This document shows positions 44,712 through 54,216 of a stretch of 63,793 nt of DNA, piece after piece; the stretch's first letter is position 1; each line of letters begins with the position of its first letter. This DNA comes from a virus. Lineage: Duplodnaviria; Caudoviricetes. Below the pieces are notes generated by a model. The model made no database searches and was not told the origin of the DNA. It saw only the letters and a program-made list of their open reading frames with translations. The stretch covers positions 1 through 63,793 of IMG/VR virus record IMGVR_UViG_3300042860_002533; one strand, given 5' to 3'. Position numbers and translations under genes: made by a program.

Positions 44712-46196
44712 CTACTGAGTATCCGGCCCAACATCGACCGGAGAATCAGACACAGACGGCGTATCAGGATTCTGATTACCGTTCTGCGACTGCTGATTAC
44801 CGTAAAAACGCAAGAACTCGGCCTCAGGCGACTGCTCCAACAAGTTGTCCCACCACATACGGGCCTCATCGTCAGTAACACCAGGAATCTTCCGCCAAGT
44901 AGCCCACTTAGGCACACCAAGCATTTGGGCCGCTTTCCCCCACGCATCCACAACCTGCGACAAAGAACGAATCTCAGTGTCAGCCCACGTCACAGAAGCC
45001 TCAAAATCGGCAGCCGCAACATCATCGCCCTCCACATGCGCCGCCAAACGAAGAAGCTGATTATGCGAAACCCCGAAATTGACCTTCCGCTCAAACAACT
45101 TCTGCGTAGTAGCCGCACGCGCAGCAGCCAACGCATCCGCAGACAAGTTAACCAGGCGGCTCGACCACGACGGCGGCAACTGAGCCACCGACTCCAACGT
45201 CGCAATATCCGACTCAAAAGCACTTACGAACGGATTCAACGCAGTCTCCGGAATCACCCCGAAACTCGCATCCGGATTGCCCGTCGCCAACACACGCCGA
45301 TTCTGCGAAAGCTCATACTCCGCATCCTCACGGTCAACATCAGACGCATCCGCCGTCAACTCATCCAAACCAGTCGCCGTAATGATCTTGAAGCTGTTGT
45401 AATGCTGGCTCAGAAGCCGGTCATACAAAGTCTTATCAATACGGCTGGCAATAGGAACCAGCTTCTCAACCTCGCCAAGAACCTTCCCGTCCAAGTCCAT
45501 AGTGTTGAGATACCGCACAATCGGAACAACACCAGTGCCGTGATAAACTTGCTTAACGGGCAAGTTGGCTGGGAAATCTCCCGCAGAAGGCATCGGAACG
45601 TCATACCAACGCTCATCATCAAAGAAACGCAGCGTCTTGCCGTCCTGCAACAACACCAAAGCGTACTTCGCCCAATCGTCGGCAACATTGTCCTCATACA
45701 GAGCTAGACAACGGCGCGGCGACCAGCCACGCAACACAGCCTGATTCTTACCATCCAGCGCAGTACCCAACACCACAGACGCATACGCATACCCGTAAGT
45801 GAACGCCGACCGGTGAATAGCCACCTGGCGGGCCTGCATCTGATTCGCATTCCACGTTTTCCACGGCCCAGGAATGTTCTGCTTGCTGCCCTCAGCCCGG
45901 TAACCATCCACATACAAACACTGCGTGAACGAATCGACCACCAAACCAACCCACGGCGTTTTCGCTAACGCCAACAACGCACGCTTCTCCGACGTAGCAT
46001 CCGTATCAAGCAGATAATCCGGCTGCAAACCAGAAGCCCACCGCTTAATCTCATCGTTGACCGTCTTGGTTTTCAAGAAATGCGGATAGATGATTTCAGC
46101 GACATACTCCCGAACCTCACCAGGCTTAATGCGAGAAGGTATCTCAACACCATAACCGGTGTTATAGCGATTAGTTTCGCTCGTATAGTAACTCAA
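44712..46196 (-). CDS. Portal protein (SPP1-like)
   Basis: After terL; GVVPIVRY.N, NLSADAL, WADTE.RS. Confidence 0.93.
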   Translation of the reverse strand: MSYYTSETNRYNTGYGVEIPSRIKPGEVREYVAEIIYPHFLKTKTVNDEIKRWASGLQPDYLLDTDATSEKRALLALAKTPWVGLVVDSFTQCLYVDGYRAEGSKQNIPGPWKTWNANQMQARQVAIHRSAFTYGYAYASVVLGTALDGKNQAVLRGWSPRRCLALYEDNVADDWAKYALVLLQDGKTLRFFDDERWYDVPMPSAGDFPANLPVKQVYHGTGVVPIVRYLNTMDLDGKVLGEVEKLVPIASRIDKTLYDRLLSQHYNSFKIITATGLDELTADASDVDREDAEYELSQNRRVLATGNPDASFGVIPETALNPFVSAFESDIATLESVAQLPPSWSSRLVNLSADALAAARAATTQKLFERKVNFGVSHNQLLRLAAHVEGDDVAAADFEASVTWADTEIRSLSQVVDAWGKAAQMLGVPKWATWRKIPGVTDDEARMWWDNLLEQSPEAEFLRFYGNQQSQNGNQNPDTPSVSDSPVDVGPDTQ

Positions 46197-47671
46197 CGCC
46201 TCTTAGCCATTCTGTATTTGCGTGGCGCAGCAAGCGTGCGCTCAACGTCCACCAAAGTCAGGACATGGTTGGCGTAGCTCGCCGCCACGATCCCCGTAAT
46301 GTCCACCGACGTACCACGCCGCAACCAACCCCAGCCGCCGCCACGCTCATTACCAATAAGGTACTTATCGGCACCGCCCAAACCGGACTTCAAATGCGGA
46401 TCGTCATAATGCGTCAACGACCGCTCAGCAATATCCGACTCAAACCTCGCCGTAGCGCGACCAACCTCCTGCTGCGACAAATACACAACCTTAAAACCAA
46501 GCTGCTCAAGCTCAGGCCCAAACATGCCCGACTTACCGCCAGCCTGCAAAGCAACAGCCACCGGGCAATGCTCCGAAGCAACCATCCGCCTAAACGTAGG
46601 GATAACCCAATCGGTGCCCCTATCGTTCTTCACAACCTCAACATGGGACCGCTCAATCAAATCCCGGCCAGCACCTACAATGCTCGCCCACTCCATCTGC
46701 GGAGCCACGTCAAGAGCAACAACCCGATCACCCACAATTGGCGACACACCATCAAACTCCCGCGTACACGCTTCCCAAGCATCAAACGGAACAACACTCG
46801 TCATAGCCGGGTCATCCCACATCCCCAAATGCTCGCGGGCGAACTCCTGCACAGAAAGCGTCATAAAGTTATCTTCAAGCGCATCCAACGGCGCAATACC
46901 ATCCACACCCAACGACGGATTAGCGATACGCCAATTCTCCCGATCAGTCGGATCAGCACCCTCAGGGCACGACCACTCCGCGAACAACAAACGCGGATTA
47001 GACCCCTCAACACCCTGCTCGCGGAACCGCGACAAAACCTCACTGGTATCAAACCCAGCCGAAGAAGTCAGCCACAACTGACGGCGCTCAGCCGCCTGCA
47101 TAATCGGCTTAAAACTACCCATCTGCCGGTCATCCAAAGCAAACGCCTCATCAGCCACCACCATGTTGATGCGAGTAATCCCACGCATCGACCCATTCCC
47201 CCTGGCCCGATACCGGATAAACCCGCCATTGCGGTGCCGGATGGAAACCTCAGCCCCGCCATGAAGGTGAGGATGCAAGCATTCCTCGTCCAAATCGCAA
47301 CTCTCAACGATGCCCTTCAGTTCCTTCCACGCATCGTCAGCGGTGGCGAACTCATGAGCGGTGTGGATAATCCGTTCGTTCAAAAGGAACAGACCCGCCA
47401 ACTCCCTCACATAGACAACGAAGTTCTTCCCGTTCTGACGCGGCGTAATGAGACAAACATTCGACGCAGAGAACTTCGGAGTCCCATTAGAAGTCCTCTC
47501 CTTCGACTCCCCCAACGACTCCCGAATCAAAGTCTCCTGCCACGGCAACAACCTCAACCCGGCAAGCTCAGCCAAATCAATCGCATCATCACCCAACGTC
47601 GTGTGATACAGCGGAAAATTACTCAGCCTCGGAGCCTGGTAACCCACAAGCTCCGCAACAGCCGCCGTCAA
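46193..47671 (-). CDS. terL: Terminase large subunit
   Basis: PWQ, Walker A PRQNGKN, Walker B VVADEA, TSSAG, ANPSLG. Confidence 0.96.
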   Translation of the reverse strand: MTAAVAELVGYQAPRLSNFPLYHTTLGDDAIDLAELAGLRLLPWQETLIRESLGESKERTSNGTPKFSASNVCLITPRQNGKNFVVYVRELAGLFLLNERIIHTAHEFATADDAWKELKGIVESCDLDEECLHPHLHGGAEVSIRHRNGGFIRYRARGNGSMRGITRINMVVADEAFALDDRQMGSFKPIMQAAERRQLWLTSSAGFDTSEVLSRFREQGVEGSNPRLLFAEWSCPEGADPTDRENWRIANPSLGVDGIAPLDALEDNFMTLSVQEFAREHLGMWDDPAMTSVVPFDAWEACTREFDGVSPIVGDRVVALDVAPQMEWASIVGAGRDLIERSHVEVVKNDRGTDWVIPTFRRMVASEHCPVAVALQAGGKSGMFGPELEQLGFKVVYLSQQEVGRATARFESDIAERSLTHYDDPHLKSGLGGADKYLIGNERGGGWGWLRRGTSVDITGIVAASYANHVLTLVDVERTLAAPRKYRMAKRR

Positions 47672-48006
47672 CCCGCAGCCCTCGCAGCACGACGCACCGC
47701 AAGCTGATCCCGAATGCTCCGATCCCCAGAACGAACCTTCGGCAACTCACCAACACCCAGCTTCGCCAACACCTGAGACAACGCCGACGTAACCATCCGC
47801 AACTCAGACAACACCGGATTAATAGTCTCAGTCCCCTGCGAATTAATCGTCGTCAAACGACCACCCACCGCAGCCGACAACTCATCAGCCTTATCCGCCA
47901 ACCGCGCCGCATTCAACGCCAACGCACGATGAGCCGCAGAAACCTCACGACCAGCCACTAAACCCTCAAACAACTCCCGGCCAGACGGCCCCAAATCCTC
48001 AGACAT
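47668..48006 (-). CDS. terS: Terminase small subunit
   Basis: Upstream of terL; NSQG...NPVLSELR. Confidence 0.85.
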   Translation of the reverse strand: MSEDLGPSGRELFEGLVAGREVSAAHRALALNAARLADKADELSAAVGGRLTTINSQGTETINPVLSELRMVTSALSQVLAKLGVGELPKVRSGDRSIRDQLAVRRAARAAG

Positions 48007-48114
48007 AAATACACCCCTCATAACGTTAATTGCATATTTGCTGGACAGGCCCACAGAGCAGAGTGAGCCGAAGGTCGGATTTTCCCCAGGAACCGCCAGA
48101 GAGAGAAAAGACGC

Positions 48115-48124
48115 TGGCCGTCCG
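48115..48124 (-). other. Candidate cos site (10-nt CGGACGGCCA)
   Basis: About 110 bp upstream of terS, between a G-run/C-run and a TCTCTCTC tract; resembles CGGxCGG-type 3' overhangs of mycobacteriophages. Confidence 0.55.
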
Positions 48125-48195
48125 TGGCGGGCTAACGGGGCGCGGCAGGCCCCCCACCAGGGGTTTTACTGCATCGTCGCAGGTCAGGGGGGGTG

Positions 48196-48211
48196 TCGAA
48201 CATCCGTTCGA
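48196..48211. promoter_or_regulatory. LexA (SOS) box
   Basis: TCGAAC-ATCC-GTTCGA, perfect actinobacterial consensus. Confidence 0.8.
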
Positions 48212-48412
48212 TTCATGATTTTTGGTTCGTGGTTTTGGGTACGTGTTACCGCCGGTTACAGTGTTTGCTACCGGGGTCTATGGTACATGCCTTATATATA
48301 TATGCGCCGCAAAGTGCCTGGTAGTGTGGTTAGTGGTGATTGCTGCCCGCGATCCCCTGCGCGAATTCAATTCCGAATTGGCGTATTCAATTCCAGAGAC
48401 AGGAATTAGGCA

Positions 48413-49510
48413 ATGGCGAAAATGCTTGAGTGCGACGGTTGCTATCAGGAATTCGCGGCCGGTCAATTGCACTTTGCATATGACCGTAGTGGTGAATACT
48501 GCGACGATTGCGTAGACCAGTGCGGCGATTGCAGCGAATGGTTCTATTGGGGCGTAGATGACCACATGTTCTATTGCTGCATGTGCGACCGTAGTTTCTG
48601 CCCTGATTACCGGTCGTATGACAGGTGCGATTCCTGCGGCGATATTTACTGCGAGAATTGCGACCCGTGCTGCATGACGCCGAATATGGAAATCGGCGGT
48701 ATCCACGCTTGGTCTAGTCCCCGTTACCAGCCGCCTAATTTCCAATTCCACGGTACCGGCGTGCATATGGGTATCGAATTGGAGGTTGGCGGCGAACCTC
48801 GTGAGATTCAGACCATTGTTAACGAATTCGACGGTAACGAGGAATTCGTTTATATGTGCGAGGACGGTTCGGTCGACGGCGTGGAAATCATTACGTTGCC
48901 TATGACGCTGGAATTCATTCGTAGCGGATTCCCGTTTAGGGATATGTTGGCCGAATTGAATCAGGCGGGTTGCACTGCGGATGGCGGCTTTGACGGCCGC
49001 GACGGTATCGGCATTCATATCCATGTGGGCCGTGAACAATTCCGCAACGATAAGGGCCGTCACAATGCGGCGCATGTGTACCGGTGGATTAAGTTCCTGT
49101 ATTCGGTACGCACGGAAACGGAAACGCATATTGCACGCCGTTCTAGTGAACGGTGGGCGAAGTACGCGAAGCTTGACCGTGGCGAATTGGCGCGTAAGTC
49201 CCGCCGGTATGCCACGGGCGACAATCGGTATGTCGCAGTGAATACGACTAACGCCGCAACCTATGAGGTTCGGGTATTCAAGTCGACACTTGACTACCGG
49301 GAATTCATGCGCAACGTGGAATTTGTCGCCGCTAGTGTCGAATACGCCCGTACCGGGATGCGGGACATTCCACTAACGCAAGCTATGACGTGGGCTGGTT
49401 TCGCCGACTTCATTCGGGACAACGCCGGTACTTACCCGCAATTGGCGGCGTATTTCGTATTCGTTACCGGTGACATTGCCCTCGACAACAACAACAACAA
49501 CGGAAAGTAA
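48413..49510 (+). CDS. Putative amidoligase (COOH-NH2 ligase type 2) with Cys-rich N-terminus
   Basis: GIELEV, EDGSV..GVEI, GIHIHVG, RY.AVN, T.EVRVF motifs. Confidence 0.88.
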   Translation: MAKMLECDGCYQEFAAGQLHFAYDRSGEYCDDCVDQCGDCSEWFYWGVDDHMFYCCMCDRSFCPDYRSYDRCDSCGDIYCENCDPCCMTPNMEIGGIHAWSSPRYQPPNFQFHGTGVHMGIELEVGGEPREIQTIVNEFDGNEEFVYMCEDGSVDGVEIITLPMTLEFIRSGFPFRDMLAELNQAGCTADGGFDGRDGIGIHIHVGREQFRNDKGRHNAAHVYRWIKFLYSVRTETETHIARRSSERWAKYAKLDRGELARKSRRYATGDNRYVAVNTTNAATYEVRVFKSTLDYREFMRNVEFVAASVEYARTGMRDIPLTQAMTWAGFADFIRDNAGTYPQLAAYFVFVTGDIALDNNNNNGK

Positions 49511-49521
49511 GGACTAGAACA

Positions 49522-49761
49522 ATGGCAAAACGGACCTATTTCGTTTCTGGCAATTTCCAGAATGTCGACCAGGCGATAGCGGCGTTCTACGCGGCTAGGG
49601 ATGCGGCATGGCAGGCCAGTCATGCCGCATGGCTGGCTGGCCGGACGGCGGCCGGTCTACCACCGTTGTGTCCGGACCCGCATGGAACGGACTACTGCGA
49701 TCTCTGCGCCCCACAGGGCGACCAGGGCGACCAGGGCGACCAGAACGGCGGTATGGCATGA
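49522..49761 (+). CDS. Small hypothetical protein with a QGD repeat
   Basis: AAGGA RBS; C..H...C..C; CAGGGCGAC x3. Confidence 0.65.
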   Translation: MAKRTYFVSGNFQNVDQAIAAFYAARDAAWQASHAAWLAGRTAAGLPPLCPDPHGTDYCDLCAPQGDQGDQGDQNGGMA

Positions 49762-49928
49762 GTCCCGCAATGGCGGCGCGTAGGGACGCTATGCGCGATA
49801 TGGCAGACGTATTCGCAGTGCACTGCCCGCACTGCGATAAGCGAATGTCAGAACGCAAGCTAGTTATCCACCTGACTGAAGTAATTGGCAATCGTGTTTG
49901 TTCACGTATCGAGAATGGAAACTACTAA
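49758..49928 (+). CDS. Small zinc-finger-like protein
   Basis: CPHC...L..H; ATGA-coupled. Confidence 0.6.
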   Translation: MSPAMAARRDAMRDMADVFAVHCPHCDKRMSERKLVIHLTEVIGNRVCSRIENGNY

Positions 49929-49931
49929 CTT

Positions 49932-50711
49932 ATGTGCATTCTGTCTTTCATCCCCGCCGGTATCGGTATCGGGGATGCTGCAATCGAATCGCTATGGAAT
50001 GGCGGTCGCAACAATCCGGATGGCTTTGGTTATGCCATTGCATCCCCGGCCGGAATGATCGTCGGTAAGTCGTTAAGGCTCGAAAGTGCCTTAAGCGACT
50101 TTATTGATGCCCGCGAATTGCATCCCAATTCACCGGCACTATTCCATTCACGGTGGGCGACGCATGGCAGTATCAAGCAAGACAATTGCCACCCGTTCTA
50201 TGTTGGCAATTCCGGTAAAACGGTAATGGCGCATAACGGCGTATTGCCTAAGGCGGCGCATCCCGCTATGGGCGACGATCGTAGCGATACCGCAATTATG
50301 GCGTCGGAATTGTTACCGCGACAATGGCGGCGACTGGATAAACCATCTGTCCGTAAATCCCTAACGGAATTTTGTGGCCGTGGAAACAAACTAGTAATTC
50401 TGACAGTCGACCCGAAATACCGTAGCGACTATTACATCATTAACGAGTCGGCCGGTAATTGGGATGCGGAAACAGGCATATGGCATTCAAACCATGATTA
50501 CCTGTATGTCATAGGCGATTCCAAAACCTACGCCACATATCCGCAATGGACGGCCGAAGCATTGGAATTGCTAGACCCTACGGCGTGTGATTTGTGTAAT
50601 CAGCGTGTGAACGATTACGCAATATGCACCACATGTGGAACCTGTCAGGATTGTTATGAAGCAGAACAGGATTGTTTGTGCCTCATACCGGAATCCTTAA
50701 AGCGTATGTAA
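49932..50711 (+). CDS. Class II glutamine amidotransferase (Ntn) with C-terminal Cys cluster
   Basis: N-terminal MC, NPDGFG, HSRWATHG, NCHPF, HNG, SDT. Confidence 0.92.
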   Translation: MCILSFIPAGIGIGDAAIESLWNGGRNNPDGFGYAIASPAGMIVGKSLRLESALSDFIDARELHPNSPALFHSRWATHGSIKQDNCHPFYVGNSGKTVMAHNGVLPKAAHPAMGDDRSDTAIMASELLPRQWRRLDKPSVRKSLTEFCGRGNKLVILTVDPKYRSDYYIINESAGNWDAETGIWHSNHDYLYVIGDSKTYATYPQWTAEALELLDPTACDLCNQRVNDYAICTTCGTCQDCYEAEQDCLCLIPESLKRM

Positions 50712-50717
50712 TTGCGC

Positions 50718-50770
50718 GACTAGGTTTAGGTGCGGCCGGTAGCGATACCGGCCGCATCTATGTTTAGTCG
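50718..50770 (+). terminator. Long hairpin after the GATase gene
   Basis: TAGGTGCGGCCGGTA-GCGA-TACCGGCCGCATCTA with outer CGACTA/TAGTCG. Confidence 0.7.
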
Positions 50771-50784
50771 ACAATTCCCATACC

Positions 50785-50885
50785 GGCCGTGTCTATTCCG
50801 GCCGTCACTATTTCGGCCGTGTCCATTCCGGCCGTTCTGCCTTTACCGGCCGTGTCCATTCCGGCCGTGTTCAATACCGGCCGAA
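50785..50885 (+). repeat. Degenerate ~15-bp tandem repeat with CCGGCCG core
   Basis: About 7 copies of CCGGCCGTGTCYATT-like units. Confidence 0.85.
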
Positions 50886-50898
50886 TTGCGCCGGTAGT

Positions 50899-51292
50899 CC
50901 GGTCGCCCTGGTCGCCCTTATTGCGCCCTGGTCGCCGCCCTGGTCGCCGCTACGTTCTGCCAGTCTTGCCAGAACTAGCGTTAAAGCCGCCTAGAACGGC
51001 CGTAGGGCGACGAACGTAGGTCGCCCGGTATCACCGTCTAGGGCTACCAGGGCCGTCTAGGGCGATATGCGCCGGTCGCAGTACGTTTCCGCCCCGTTCT
51101 AGCGGTCGCCGCTATCGCGTGCATAGCGATTAGACCCGTCTAGAACGGCCGTAGGGCCATTTTCCCTGGTTTGTCCGGCCGGATTGTCGCCCTGGTCGCC
51201 GCCGTCGCCCTGGTCGCCGCTAGCGGCCGGTAATCCCTGGTAGCGGCCGGATTGTCGCCCTGGTCGCTATTCCGGTCGCCCGGTCGCCCTGT
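50899..51292 (+). repeat. Dispersed GGTCGCC(CTGG) repeat field
   Basis: About ten or more copies; also CTAGAACGGCCGTAGGGC x2 and GGCCGGATTGTCGCCCTGGTCGC x2. Confidence 0.85.
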
Positions 51293-51571
51293 TTTGCGCC
51301 GGATAAACAATGGCAAAACGTGTCGTATTCGACGGTGAGAATTGCGCGTAAATCAGGCATTCAAAAACCATGCTTGACCTGCATAAACGCCATTCTAGCT
51401 GCAATTTAGTGCATGAGTTTATGCCCGTAGCTAATCTCTAAGAGTTCCTTGAGAATTACATACATGCACGTCAACGCCCTAAATTGGGCGGCGACCATGC
51501 ACGCCAGCGCATACCGGCAAACAGGTGTCAGGCACTGTCAGAATCACCCAAAACCGGTAGCTAGCGGCCTA

Positions 51572-51587
51572 TCGAACACCTGTTCGA
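51572..51587. promoter_or_regulatory. LexA (SOS) box
   Basis: TCGAAC-ACCT-GTTCGA, perfect consensus. Confidence 0.8.
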
Positions 51588-51835
51588 TACCCCGGAAAGC
51601 ACGAATTCCAATTCGTAATTCCGGATACGCGAACCGGGTGTCTGCGATGCCCCGTTTCCGGTGTTGTGCCTCCCACCAGGCATGATACCGGTGGGACAGT
51701 TGTCAACAATCGGGGGGGTCGCATTCTTAAAATTCTATTAAATATTAAGCTGGACGATTTCAACCTGAAAAGCCCAGGTCAGGACGAAAATTTGTGGCGG
51801 AAGTGAACGATTCACTACCCCCCGTTCTTAAAATT

Positions 51836-52378
51836 CTAATAAATCGCAAGCTGGGTGTTTTCAACCCGGTAAGGCCAGGTGTTCCGCTTGCTTGCGTTGC
51901 ATGACCGGCAGGCGGGTCGGCAGTTCGCAAGCATATCCGATCCGCCCTTGGATAGCGGCTTGACGTGATCGGTTTCGGTGGCCGGTGTTCCGCACATCCA
52001 GCAGTTGCCGCCGTAGTAGTCCCACCGCTGCTTGAGTTGGGCGGGTGTGTAGGGCACTGATGGTGCGGCTAGTTTTCGTGCGCGGCGAATGGCTGCGTGG
52101 CACAGAAACTTCGCGTTGATTTCTTGGCGGTTTTCGTTTCGCCATTTGGCGATGCGTTCTCGCCTGCGGTCGGCGTTCTCTGCATCCCACCGTAATGCGG
52201 CTTCAATGGCCCTCTCGCGGTGTTCAGGATCGTTCCGGTACCTGTCCCGCATGTAAGCATTCATGCACTCTTTACAGTGCGCTTGAAGCCCATTCCGCGC
52301 ACGCTTGTATTTGTGGAACTCGCTTGCGTCTTTGTCTGTCATGCACTTGCCGCATGTGTAGACAACCCCGACCCTCAT
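51836..52378 (-). CDS. HNH endonuclease
   Basis: CWMCG...DHVKPLSKGG....N..PAC.SCN.SK; N-terminal CxxC...CKEC. Confidence 0.93.
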   Translation of the reverse strand: MRVGVVYTCGKCMTDKDASEFHKYKRARNGLQAHCKECMNAYMRDRYRNDPEHRERAIEAALRWDAENADRRRERIAKWRNENRQEINAKFLCHAAIRRARKLAAPSVPYTPAQLKQRWDYYGGNCWMCGTPATETDHVKPLSKGGSDMLANCRPACRSCNASKRNTWPYRVENTQLAIY

Positions 52379-52398
52379 CAGTAACCCAGTTCCCTTAT

Positions 52399-52428
52399 TT
52401 GACTTCAGCCTTACACTGGGTGTAAACT
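52399..52428 (+). promoter_or_regulatory. Promoter with TTACA-N5-TGTAA operator
   Basis: TTGACT-N18-TAAACT; palindrome at 52411-52425. Confidence 0.7.
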
Positions 52429-52473
52429 TAATATATGAGCCGCTGCCACGGCAACCCAACAGTTAGGAACCGC

Positions 52474-52674
52474 ATGAACAACCTCTCCACAACCGCAATC
52501 GTCACCTGGCTCAACAACCACCGCGCCGCAATCGCAGCCGGAATGAACGTCGGCCAACTCGACCGCAACAAAGCCCAACAATTCCGCTTGGAACTCGCCA
52601 AACGGGACGCAACCGAAACCTACATCGGCATGGAATCCCCACGGTCTGCCCGACCCGGCCAACTGCCTTTCTAA
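52474..52674 (+). CDS. Hypothetical protein
   Basis: AGGA RBS before ATG. Confidence 0.65.
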   Translation: MNNLSTTAIVTWLNNHRAAIAAGMNVGQLDRNKAQQFRLELAKRDATETYIGMESPRSARPGQLPF

Positions 52675-52718
52675 CCCCCGCTTAAACCGCACACACACCC
52701 AAGAGACAGGGAAAACGA

Positions 52719-52964
52719 ATGACCTATAACGGACGCGCAATCATGGCCGACGCAGCCACCACCGCAGGCTGGACCGTCGAAACCATGAGCTTCCAGCCCG
52801 ACCCCGCCGTCGAGTGGGTCGCCTACTACAACGGCACCGAGGTCGACGTACTCATCGCCTGGACACCGGAGAACACCGCACCCTACGTCGCCATTGGCGG
52901 CAAGCAGGTACGCGGAATGGGCGCACTGATTGAGGCACGCCGCCGCATCGAAGCCCACGCCTAA
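52719..52964 (+). CDS. Hypothetical protein
   Basis: AGAGACAGG start motif. Confidence 0.75.
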   Translation: MTYNGRAIMADAATTAGWTVETMSFQPDPAVEWVAYYNGTEVDVLIAWTPENTAPYVAIGGKQVRGMGALIEARRRIEAHA

Positions 52965-52991
52965 CCCAAGACCGCAAGACAGGAACACAGC

Positions 52992-53243
52992 ATGAACCGC
53001 TGCACACTCACCGTATTCGGCAAGCCCCTCGCCAACATGACCAAACCCAACGCCGACTCCATGCGCGGCCACCTGGCAATCACACCGGCAAGCTGCCGCT
53101 GTAACGACTGCCTTGAGTTCTGGAACCGCTGGGCAGCCACGCGGATCGACATTGAAGCCGACCGAATCGCCAGGGATCGCGGCATGGAGGAACCACTGGC
53201 TGAGTGGGAACGCGAACTGCTCAGCGAGGCTTTCGGAGTTTAG
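52992..53243 (+). CDS. Hypothetical protein
   Basis: AAGACAGG start motif; C-terminal LAEWERELL. Confidence 0.75.
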   Translation: MNRCTLTVFGKPLANMTKPNADSMRGHLAITPASCRCNDCLEFWNRWAATRIDIEADRIARDRGMEEPLAEWERELLSEAFGV

Positions 53244-53438
53244 GAGAAACCAATTGCTTACCCGATTCGACTACTGCCCCGACTACGGGCCAGCCGGTTC
53301 CCACTACTACAGCGACGAGGACACCGGCCGGTACACCGGCACCTGCTCATGCGGCTACATCGACACGATGCCCCTGTGTGACGCGGGGACGCTGATCCCC
53401 TCTGGCCCAATTGATCCCCCGTTCTGAGAGGAACCACC

Positions 53439-53723
53439 ATGCAGACCGGAATCTACTGCGACCCATCGACCCGCGACTTCTACTACCCGATCCGGCGTGG
53501 CATCGGCTACAGCGCAGCACAGCTAAACGAGCGGGTCAAGGTCTGGAAAGGCGCAGGCGGCAGAACCTACGCCGAAATTGTGGTGCGGGAAACGGACGGG
53601 CTTGAGCCAGTCGGTTTCTACGGCGACCGGCTTACGTCGATCTGGCTGTCGCAACGCACGATGCTCGACCACATGACCGCCGTCGCGCAAGAACTCTCAA
53701 GCCTGGAAAGGCAACTGCAATGA
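53439..53723 (+). CDS. Hypothetical protein
   Basis: GAGGA RBS. Confidence 0.7.
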   Translation: MQTGIYCDPSTRDFYYPIRRGIGYSAAQLNERVKVWKGAGGRTYAEIVVRETDGLEPVGFYGDRLTSIWLSQRTMLDHMTAVAQELSSLERQLQ

Positions 53724-53841
53724 GCAAGCTCGACACCCAGTACTGCCTCGACTGCGAGGAACTGCGCGAGGTAACCCGCGCTTACTTTCACGGGCAGCTA
53801 TGCCAAGTCTGCCTGTCCGACCGATTGGAAACGGAGAAACC

Positions 53842-54129
53842 ATGACCGCCAACCTCACCATCGCTGACGTGACCGCACTCAACGAAATCATCAACGCCGC
53901 CACCACTACCGCCAAAGTCGCATGGGTAAACACAGACGGCGACATTCGATTCGGAACCGCCAGGGCAATCACCGCAGCATGGGGTAATTCTTCCTACATC
54001 ACAAGCAGCCACGACATTCGGGACGGATACCTGCGGATCACCAGCCGCGAGGGATGGGAAAACTGGCTGATCGTTTCCGACCTCATGGAGTCGTACCACG
54101 ACGGCCATTTCCGCATCTACGACTGGTAA
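53842..54129 (+). CDS. Hypothetical protein
   Basis: GGAG RBS. Confidence 0.7.
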   Translation: MTANLTIADVTALNEIINAATTTAKVAWVNTDGDIRFGTARAITAAWGNSSYITSSHDIRDGYLRITSREGWENWLIVSDLMESYHDGHFRIYDW

Positions 54130-54216
54130 GGCCGCATGTACTACCTCATCCCGCTAGCCACATTCATCACGTCACTGCTCATCTGGGCAGCAGTAAACCC
54201 CAAGTAAGGATTGCTA

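Noticed and set aside
46265-47707. Long antisense ORFs over terL, lysin, tape measure and others
   Set aside because: Shadow frames expected from high-GC codon bias; no RBS or recognisable motifs
50789-51019. ORF with SIPAV repeats
   Set aside because: Translation of the DNA repeat, downstream of a terminator-like hairpin, with no RBS
50785-51292. CRISPR array
   Set aside because: Repeats are short and degenerate, with no constant-length unique spacers and no cas operon
48187-51592. Transposon or IS bounded by terminal inverted repeats
   Set aside because: No transposase inside, no target-site duplication seen, and the repeats match LexA boxes
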